Of a stretch of DNA of 32,000 bases, positions 11,116 to 18,361 are shown piece after piece. Position numbers and translations under genes: made by a program. The stretch covers positions 1,470,001 to 1,502,000 of the forward strand of contig NC_007335.2 of assembly GCF_000012465.1 (NCBI RefSeq). Reading direction: 5' to 3'. This stretch comes from Prochlorococcus marinus str. NATL2A (GTDB lineage Bacteria; Cyanobacteriota; Cyanobacteriia; PCC-6307; Cyanobiaceae). Each line of letters opens with the position of its first letter. Position 1 is the first letter of the stretch. Under the pieces are notes generated by a model. It was not told the DNA's origin. It worked only from the letters and a program-made list of their open reading frames with translations, and did not search any database.

Positions 11116-11856
11116 GTGGAAAGTCTCTTTTTGAACATTTCTCATATAAATTTAATTTTCTCTGATTTGACTCGTCATGGCGAGCAGTTAATTAATAATG
11201 GGCTCAATAATCCAACTCCCCTAACAATTCTGATAGTTTTCACTGGAGGACTCTTGACTAGCTTGGGGCCCTGTTCATTATCACTTTTACCAATCACAGT
11301 TGCTTATTTAGCTGGATTTAAAAATAACCAAAACCCTTTACAAAAAACGATTAGTTTCTGCAGCGGTATAGTTTTTTCACTAGTTGTATTAGGAAGTCTA
11401 AGCGGGTTCTTAGGAAAAATTTATGGTCAATTACCAGGTTTCTTTTCAATATTCATTAGTTTTTTAGCAATAATTATGGGTCTTAATCTGCTTGGGATTT
11501 TGAAATTCTCACTTCCATCTGGTCCTGACCCTGAAATTTGGAAAAATAAAGTTCCTTCTGCATTCGCTCCAGTTTCAGCAGGTTTTGCTTTTGGATTAGC
11601 ATCATCGCCCTGCACTACTCCTGTTCTTGCAGTTCTTCTCGCTTGGGTTGCCAAACAAGGAAATCCTCTAAGCGGCACGATTTTTCTTGGAAGTTTTGCG
11701 ATTGGACAAATTGTTCCTTTATTTGTAGCAGGTACATTTGCAGCAAGTATTCCAAAATTATTATCGTTGCGACCTATTGGGAAATGGGTTCCACCAATTA
11801 GCGGAGTCATTTTGTTAACCATTGGTCTAATAAGCCTACTTTCTATTTGGATATAA
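11116..11856 (+). CDS. ccdA: Cytochrome c biogenesis thiol-disulfide transporter CcdA (DsbD family)
   Basis: 246 aa, polytopic, with the two conserved Cys motifs (LGPCSLSLLP and SSPCTTPVL). GTG start; there is no ATG in the N-terminal half. Confidence 0.85.
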   Translation: MESLFLNISHINLIFSDLTRHGEQLINNGLNNPTPLTILIVFTGGLLTSLGPCSLSLLPITVAYLAGFKNNQNPLQKTISFCSGIVFSLVVLGSLSGFLGKIYGQLPGFFSIFISFLAIIMGLNLLGILKFSLPSGPDPEIWKNKVPSAFAPVSAGFAFGLASSPCTTPVLAVLLAWVAKQGNPLSGTIFLGSFAIGQIVPLFVAGTFAASIPKLLSLRPIGKWVPPISGVILLTIGLISLLSIWI

Positions 11857-11861
11857 AATAG

Positions 11862-13142
11862 ATGAAAAAAATCAGCCAAGTTTTAAACTGGCTTTCTAGC
11901 TTAAAAATTGCAATATTACTTTTATTAGTAATAGCTGTTTCATGCGCAGCCGGGACTTTAATACCACAACAAGAATCAAATCAATTCTATTACGATAATT
12001 TCAATAAGAATCCTTTTCTTGGAATAATTAATGCAAAAATATTACTACTTTTTGAATTCGATCATGTTTATACAAGTTTTTGGTTTTTATTCTTACTTAT
12101 ATGGCTAGGTTTAGCTCTTTCAGTTTGTAGCTTCAGGAGACAATTACCGATACTTAAATCAGCATTAAACTGGATAGATTACAAATCACCTAGTCAAATA
12201 GCAAAGCTTTCTGTTGCTCAAACAATAGTGACTAATAATTGCGCAAAGAGCTTAGAGAAAATTAAACTTAATTTAAAAAAACAAGGTTGGAATGTAAAAG
12301 AAACAGATGGAAGAATAGCTGCTCGCCAAGGAGTAATAGGTAGATTAGGACCTATATTAATTCATCTAGGCATGATCCTATTAATGATAGGGGCAACATA
12401 CGGATCATTAAATGGAAAAACCATAGAAAAATTTTTAGCTCCTGGTAGATCAATAGATTTATTGAACAATAATGAAGAGAAAGGGTTAACCATTGAATTG
12501 CAAAAGTTTCAAATCGAAAGAGACCCTCAAGGAAGAGCTGAGCAATATAAATCTATAGTCAATGTTATTGAGCCAAATGGTAATAATCAATCAAAAGAAA
12601 TTAGTGTTAATTATCCACTAAGGTACAAAGGTCTAACATTATATCAAGCTGACTGGTCTTTAGCAGCAATAACTATTAAAATTGATAATAGTCCGAAATT
12701 ACAAATTCCAATAAAACCCATTTCTGAGCTGGGTGAACAAGTTTGGGGGACAATTATACCGACTAATAAAGATGGTAAAAACCAGATTTTATTAACCGTA
12801 GATAGTGAATTAGGACCAGTAAATATTTATGATAATGATGGAACACTACTGACAAAGTTAATTATAAATAAGGAAGAAAAAGTCAAAGGAGCTTTAATAA
12901 AGATAATAAATATAATCCCAAGTAGTGGATTACTTTTAAAGCACGACCCTGGAGTACCTTTTGTATATTTAAGTTTTGCGATAATACTTATTGGTGGTTC
13001 ACTTAGTATTATTTCAACTAAAAAAATCTGGGTCTTACATGAAAATGAAAAATCTATGATTTATATAGGTGGATTAAGTAATAGAAATCTCTCTGGTCTT
13101 TCAAAAGAATTGCCGAATCTTATTAGTTTTTTAGAGACTTAG
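11862..13142 (+). CDS. ccs1: Cytochrome c biogenesis protein Ccs1/CcsB (ResB family, System II)
   Basis: 426 aa. ResB-like N-terminus (LSSLKIAILLLLVIAVSCAAGTLIPQ), a large soluble loop and a C-terminal TM. Immediately follows ccdA. Confidence 0.88.
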   Translation: MKKISQVLNWLSSLKIAILLLLVIAVSCAAGTLIPQQESNQFYYDNFNKNPFLGIINAKILLLFEFDHVYTSFWFLFLLIWLGLALSVCSFRRQLPILKSALNWIDYKSPSQIAKLSVAQTIVTNNCAKSLEKIKLNLKKQGWNVKETDGRIAARQGVIGRLGPILIHLGMILLMIGATYGSLNGKTIEKFLAPGRSIDLLNNNEEKGLTIELQKFQIERDPQGRAEQYKSIVNVIEPNGNNQSKEISVNYPLRYKGLTLYQADWSLAAITIKIDNSPKLQIPIKPISELGEQVWGTIIPTNKDGKNQILLTVDSELGPVNIYDNDGTLLTKLIINKEEKVKGALIKIINIIPSSGLLLKHDPGVPFVYLSFAIILIGGSLSIISTKKIWVLHENEKSMIYIGGLSNRNLSGLSKELPNLISFLET

Positions 13143-13553
13143 CTCTAAATTATTTCTTTTCCCATGACAGACTCTAATGATTGTATGAACATTACCTCTA
13201 GGATTGAAATCAGCTTCTAATTGCATCCACTTAGGATCAGAAACTTCAACAAAGTCATCGATAATTTTATTCGTAACTTCTTCATGAGATATCTTCTTTT
13301 CTCGAAAGCTATTTAAGTAAAGTTTAATTGCCTTTAATTCTATGACCTTAGTATTTGGTTGATATTTAATTTTCAAAGTTGCAAAATCAGGATATCCCGA
13401 AAAAGGACACTTACAGGTAAATTCAGGGAAATCTATTGAAATCTCATAATCTCTATTAATATTTGGATTTGGGAAACAAATTAAACTCCCAGCCTCTATT
13501 TCCCTCTCCCCATACATAATTTCATCTTTGATGTCTTTTTCTTGTCTAATCAC
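13131..13553 (-). CDS. queF: NADPH-dependent 7-cyano-7-deazaguanine (preQ0) reductase, unimodular type
   Basis: 140 aa. Catalytic Cys context CKCPFSGYPDF and the QueF motif ELKAIKLYLNSF. GTG start (alternative ATG at residue 13). The 3' end overlaps the ccs1 3' end by 12 nt. Confidence 0.88.
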   Translation of the reverse strand: MIRQEKDIKDEIMYGEREIEAGSLICFPNPNINRDYEISIDFPEFTCKCPFSGYPDFATLKIKYQPNTKVIELKAIKLYLNSFREKKISHEEVTNKIIDDFVEVSDPKWMQLEADFNPRGNVHTIIRVCHGKRNNLELSL

Positions 13554-13663
13554 ATTTTAACTGCATTTAAAACTCACACTACATAAAAGCTTGATTAAAA
13601 ATTCAAACTTTAAATAAATTCTTTTAATCTAAAAATAGCGAAATGATTCCAAAAAGCTGATTT

Positions 13664-13677
13664 GTATCATTGGGTAC
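13664..13677 (+). promoter_or_regulatory. Candidate NtcA-binding box, GTA-N8-TAC
   Basis: GTATCATTGGGTAC is a perfect match to the palindromic NtcA consensus. It lies in the intergenic region 50 nt upstream of the 75-aa ORF that precedes glnB. The only -10-like hexamer at roughly the right spacing is an imperfect TAATGG (13702-13707). Confidence 0.4.
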
Positions 13678-13726
13678 AAAACTTATCTTCGCTATCCCCC
13701 CTAATGGATATAACTAAAGGTTTTAC

Positions 13727-13954
13727 ATGGACATAAGTCTTTCTAATAAACGAAATGGAACTCAAATAAAACCAACTAGTATTCATGGAATCCTTTGGCT
13801 ACAAACTCATTTTGAATCTGAACACTGGGAATCAATCAGTAATGGGCAAGTAATACTTCCTAGACAAGATGCAGAAATGCTTGGTGGAGATGCCCAAAAT
13901 GCTGGTCTAAATGTAAATTTCATCAATTCTCTAATTCAAATAGACAAAATCTGA
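13727..13954 (+). CDS. Small hypothetical protein (75 aa) directly upstream of glnB
   Basis: ATG-initiated ORF, 39 nt upstream of glnB on the same strand. No family recognised. Confidence 0.45.
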   Translation: MDISLSNKRNGTQIKPTSIHGILWLQTHFESEHWESISNGQVILPRQDAEMLGGDAQNAGLNVNFINSLIQIDKI

Positions 13955-13957
13955 TAA

Positions 13958-14332
<375 letters not shown>

Positions 14333-14334
14333 TC

Positions 14335-15129
14335 TCAAAAAACATTAAATAATTTTTCGAGTTCAATATTGCCTTTTACCTCATCACCCATCCAAAGAAG
14401 ATATTCTTGATTACCAGCAGGACCTTTTAAAGGCGATGCAATTAACCCTTTCGGATTCCATCCATATTTTTTAGATTCGTTAACCACACCCTCTACAGCC
14501 TCAGCATGTAGCGAATGATCACGAACCACTCCACCTTTGCCAACTTTATCTTTGCCAACCTCAAATTGAGGTTTCACTAATACCAACAACTCAGACCGGT
14601 CAGATTGAAGAAGAGATTTGATACTCGGTAAAACAATTTTAAGAGAGATAAAAGATAAATCAGCTACTGCGAAATCTGGTATTGGGTCTCCATCATTGAA
14701 TAATTTTTCAGGAGTTAAATGCCTAATATTGGTTCGTTCCAAAAGAACCACTCTTGGATCATTTCTAATACTCCATGCAGTCTGACCATAGCCAACATCA
14801 ACTCCATAAACCTTTGCCGCTCCTTGCTGTAAAAGACAATCTGTAAAACCACCAGTTGAAATCCCAGCATCTAAACAAATCCTATTCTTAATATCTAGAG
14901 GAAATTGATTAAACGCTTCAGCCAACTTTTCACCCCCTCTAGATACATATCTCAAGGGCTGCGTAACTTCTATCTCAAGATCTCTTAAAACTTCTTGGCC
15001 TGGCTTATCAAGAATTTGACCGTTAATTGTTTTAACTTTGCCAGCTCTGATAAGGTTCTGAGCCTCTTGACGTGTTTTCACCAACCCTTTAGTCAGCAAG
15101 TGAAGATCTAATCGCGATTTTTTAGTCAT
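14335..15129 (-). CDS. tlyA: TlyA-family rRNA 2'-O-methyltransferase (S4 domain plus FtsJ-like methyltransferase)
   Basis: S4-like N-terminus (RLDLHLLTKGLVKTRQEAQNLIRAGKV) and SAM motif LDAGISTGGFTDCLL. I prefer the ATG at 15129. The tracked TTG at 15195 adds 22 residues unlike the family N-terminus. Confidence 0.85.
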   Translation of the reverse strand: MTKKSRLDLHLLTKGLVKTRQEAQNLIRAGKVKTINGQILDKPGQEVLRDLEIEVTQPLRYVSRGGEKLAEAFNQFPLDIKNRICLDAGISTGGFTDCLLQQGAAKVYGVDVGYGQTAWSIRNDPRVVLLERTNIRHLTPEKLFNDGDPIPDFAVADLSFISLKIVLPSIKSLLQSDRSELLVLVKPQFEVGKDKVGKGGVVRDHSLHAEAVEGVVNESKKYGWNPKGLIASPLKGPAGNQEYLLWMGDEVKGNIELEKLFNVF

Positions 15130-15219
15130 TTGTTTACAAAAACAAACAGGAAACGGAACAAAAACCGCAGAACTCGTGCTTATCCTCTTTTTCAATAGAG
15201 AATCTATTCAACTGACCAT

Positions 15220-15486
15220 ATGGTTTTGTCTAAAAAGCTCAGGCATCCAACCAATGAAAATGAGCTATCTAGCCATGGTCATTTTCATCTAACCTCAAAA
15301 AAACAAACTGGAGAAGTGCTTGAACTTCTACCTCCAGGGAGTTTTGCAATATTTGCAAATCAACCAAATGATTTGCCTCCCTTTCAAGTAATTGATTGTA
15401 AAGGAGGAAGATGCAGGGTAAGACAGCAAGCTTGGGGAAGATATGTCCATTGGGAAGTTGAACACAATAGACTCAAGTCAGCTTGA
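15220..15486 (+). CDS. Small hypothetical protein (88 aa)
   Basis: ATG ORF, divergent from tlyA and upstream of purB. No family recognised. Confidence 0.4.
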   Translation: MVLSKKLRHPTNENELSSHGHFHLTSKKQTGEVLELLPPGSFAIFANQPNDLPPFQVIDCKGGRCRVRQQAWGRYVHWEVEHNRLKSA

Positions 15487-15530
15487 CCTTGAGGATCTAA
15501 ATTAATAGCAACCTTTAACTTTGTAGCACT

Positions 15531-16826
15531 TTGATTGAGCGTTACACAAACCCAGAGATGGGAAATATTTGGTCTGATCAAGCCAAATACCAAACATGGC
15601 TTGATGTTGAAATTGCCGCATGTGAGGCTAATTGCAAATTAGGGAAAATCCCTCAAAGTGCAATGGAAACAATTCGAACAAAGGCAAGATTCAAGTCAGA
15701 ACGCATACTCGAAATAGAGGAGGAAGTTCGCCATGACGTAATTGCCTTTCTAACAAATGTAAATGAATATGTTGGGGATGCTGGCCGTTACATTCACGTT
15801 GGAATGACCAGTAGCGATGTCCTTGATACTGGTCTTGCACTTCAATTAAAGTCATCCGTCAAACTTTTAAGAAAAGAGCTTTTATTACTTGAAGAAGCTA
15901 TTAGAGATTTAGCAAGTCAGCATAAAAAAACCGTAATGATTGGACGTTCTCATGCCATTCATGGAGAACCTATTACCTTTGGATTCAAGTTGGCGGGATG
16001 GCTAGCTGAAACTCTCAGGAACAAAGATAGGCTAAACAGTCTTGAGAAAGATATTTCTGTTGGTCAAATCAGCGGAGCTATGGGCACTTATGCCAATACT
16101 GATCCAGAAATAGAAAGAATAACTTGCGAACTTTTGGACCTTGAGTGTGACACTGCTAGCACTCAAGTTATCTCAAGAGATAGGCATGCTAATTATGTGC
16201 AGATTCTTGCTTTGATTGGATCTTCACTAGATCGTTTTTCTACAGAAATTAGAAACCTTCAAAGAACGGATGTTCTTGAAGTAGAGGAAAACTTTGCTAA
16301 AGGCCAAAAAGGAAGCTCTGCAATGCCTCATAAAAGAAATCCCATACGTAGTGAACGGGTAAGTGGGCTTTCCAGGGTTTTAAGAAGTTATGTAGTTGCA
16401 GCTCTTGAAAATGTAGCCCTATGGCACGAAAGAGATATAAGCCACAGCTCCAATGAAAGATTAATGCTGCCAGACACATCTATTACTCTTCATTTCATGA
16501 TCACAGAAATGACCGCAATAATTAAAGGTCTTGGAGTATATCCAAATAATATGCTGAAAAATTTGAACATTTATGGAGGAGTAGTGTTTAGTCAAAGAGT
16601 ACTTTTGGCTTTAGTTGAGAATGGAATGAGTAGAGAAGATTCTTATCGATTAGTTCAAAAAAATGCTCATTCAGCCTGGAATCAACCCGAAGGAAATTTC
16701 AAAAAGAACCTTGAGAATGACCCAGAGGTAATGAATAGTCTCTCTACTGAAAAACTCTCTGATTGCTTCTCAACCGAATTACATCAATCAAATTTGAGAG
16801 TTATTTGGGAAAGACTTGGCATATAA
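15531..16826 (+). CDS. purB: Adenylosuccinate lyase
   Basis: 431 aa. Conserved N-terminus IERYT.PEM and the fumarate-lyase signature GSSAMPHKRNP. A TTG start is forced (in-frame TAA at 15516-15518). Confidence 0.95.
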   Translation: MIERYTNPEMGNIWSDQAKYQTWLDVEIAACEANCKLGKIPQSAMETIRTKARFKSERILEIEEEVRHDVIAFLTNVNEYVGDAGRYIHVGMTSSDVLDTGLALQLKSSVKLLRKELLLLEEAIRDLASQHKKTVMIGRSHAIHGEPITFGFKLAGWLAETLRNKDRLNSLEKDISVGQISGAMGTYANTDPEIERITCELLDLECDTASTQVISRDRHANYVQILALIGSSLDRFSTEIRNLQRTDVLEVEENFAKGQKGSSAMPHKRNPIRSERVSGLSRVLRSYVVAALENVALWHERDISHSSNERLMLPDTSITLHFMITEMTAIIKGLGVYPNNMLKNLNIYGGVVFSQRVLLALVENGMSREDSYRLVQKNAHSAWNQPEGNFKKNLENDPEVMNSLSTEKLSDCFSTELHQSNLRVIWERLGI

Positions 16827-16954
16827 CTTTAAAATCTGAATCAATTAATATCAGTGAATACACTCTAAAAAGGTAAAAGAACTAGATTTAATCAAAATCT
16901 ATATTTATAATTTTCTATTCCTTAGGAAACTTAAAAATTCTCAACCCAATATCA

Positions 16955-18349
16955 ATGTCCAACATGAAACGACTTGAGAAAGATAGCCTAGGTTCAATTG
17001 ATGTTCCAAATGATGCGCTATGGGGAGCTCAAACTCAACGCTCAATATTGAATTTTGCTATCGGGAATGAGGTCATACCACTCGAGATTATTTTTGCAAT
17101 TGCCCAAATAAAAGCCTCTGCTGCTCATGTAAACAATCATCTAGGTTTAATAACTACAGAAACTGCTCAATTTATTACCGAAGCAAGTTTAGAAATTATT
17201 GAAGGAAAACATAATGATCAATTCCCAGTGAGAGTTTGGCAAACAGGCAGTGGTACTCAAACAAATATGAACGTCAATGAGGTGATCAGCAATATAGCTT
17301 CAAAACGTTCAAATAATACGTTAGGTAGTCATAAGCCAATACATCCCAATGATCATGTCAATTGCTCTCAATCAACAAACGATGTTTTTCCAGCTGCAAT
17401 CCAAATAGCCACAATAGTCACCTTAAAAGACACATTAATACCTGAATTAACCAAACTCATTGATGTATTCCATCAAAAAAGTAAAGAATGGAAAGATATT
17501 ATAAAAATAGGACGTACCCATCTTCAAGATGCAGTACCTCTAACTCTTGGACAAGAAGTCTCTGCTTGGGCTTCTCAATTAGAGACTGCTTTAAAACGCA
17601 TTGAAATCAACATCGAGGAACTTTATCCGCTTCCACTTGGAGGAACCGCTATTGGTACAGGGATTAATACTCCTAAGGATTTCGATAATTTAATCGCTCT
17701 TGAAATAGCCAAACAAACAAATTTACCTTTTAAAACTGCAGCTAATAAATTTGCCATCATGGCTAGTCATGATGGTCTTGTAAATATAATGTCTCAAATA
17801 AAATTACTAGCCGTCACTTTTCTCAAAATTGTTAATGATCTTCGACTTTTATCTTGTGGACCAAGAGCTGGATTATCAGAACTACAGCTTCCAGCCAATG
17901 AACCTGGTAGCTCAATAATGCCAGGGAAAATTAATCCTACTCAATGCGAAGCCATGGCAATGGTGTGTACGCAAATAATTGGCATGGACACCTCAGTATC
18001 GATCGCAGGAAGTGGAGGACATCTACAAATGAATGTCTATAAACCACTGATTGGCTACAACATTATAACAAGTATCAACCTTATTCAAAATGCCTGTAAG
18101 AGTTGCAGAGAGAATATGATTGAAGGTATTCAACCTAATAAAGAAAAAATCAAACAATTTCTAGACAATTCTTTGATGTTGGTAACCGCCTTATCTCCAT
18201 CAATAGGATACGAAAAAGCAAGTAAAATTGCTCAACTAGCCCATGAAAAGAATCTAAGTCTAAGACAAGCTTCCAGTCAATTAAATTATCTTGATCAAGA
18301 AGAATTTGATAAACTCATGAGTCCAAAATCAATGATTGGAAGTGATTGA
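16955..18349 (+). CDS. fumC: Class II fumarate hydratase
   Basis: 464 aa. GSSIMPGKINPTQCEA signature, and WQTGSGTQTNMNVNEV. Confidence 0.95.
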   Translation: MSNMKRLEKDSLGSIDVPNDALWGAQTQRSILNFAIGNEVIPLEIIFAIAQIKASAAHVNNHLGLITTETAQFITEASLEIIEGKHNDQFPVRVWQTGSGTQTNMNVNEVISNIASKRSNNTLGSHKPIHPNDHVNCSQSTNDVFPAAIQIATIVTLKDTLIPELTKLIDVFHQKSKEWKDIIKIGRTHLQDAVPLTLGQEVSAWASQLETALKRIEINIEELYPLPLGGTAIGTGINTPKDFDNLIALEIAKQTNLPFKTAANKFAIMASHDGLVNIMSQIKLLAVTFLKIVNDLRLLSCGPRAGLSELQLPANEPGSSIMPGKINPTQCEAMAMVCTQIIGMDTSVSIAGSGGHLQMNVYKPLIGYNIITSINLIQNACKSCRENMIEGIQPNKEKIKQFLDNSLMLVTALSPSIGYEKASKIAQLAHEKNLSLRQASSQLNYLDQEEFDKLMSPKSMIGSD

Positions 18350-18361
18350 AAAAAAGTTTTT

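Noticed and set aside
11427-11879. 150-aa ORF on the minus strand
   Set aside because: It lies entirely antisense to ccdA, which has family-specific Cys motifs. The translated product is low-complexity with no recognisable motif, which is typical of a shadow ORF.
13566-13585. AAACTCACACTAC, reminiscent of the Yfr1 sRNA core (ACUCCUCACAC)
   Set aside because: The central CCU is missing and there are no flanking stem-loops, so it is not a credible Yfr1-type gene.
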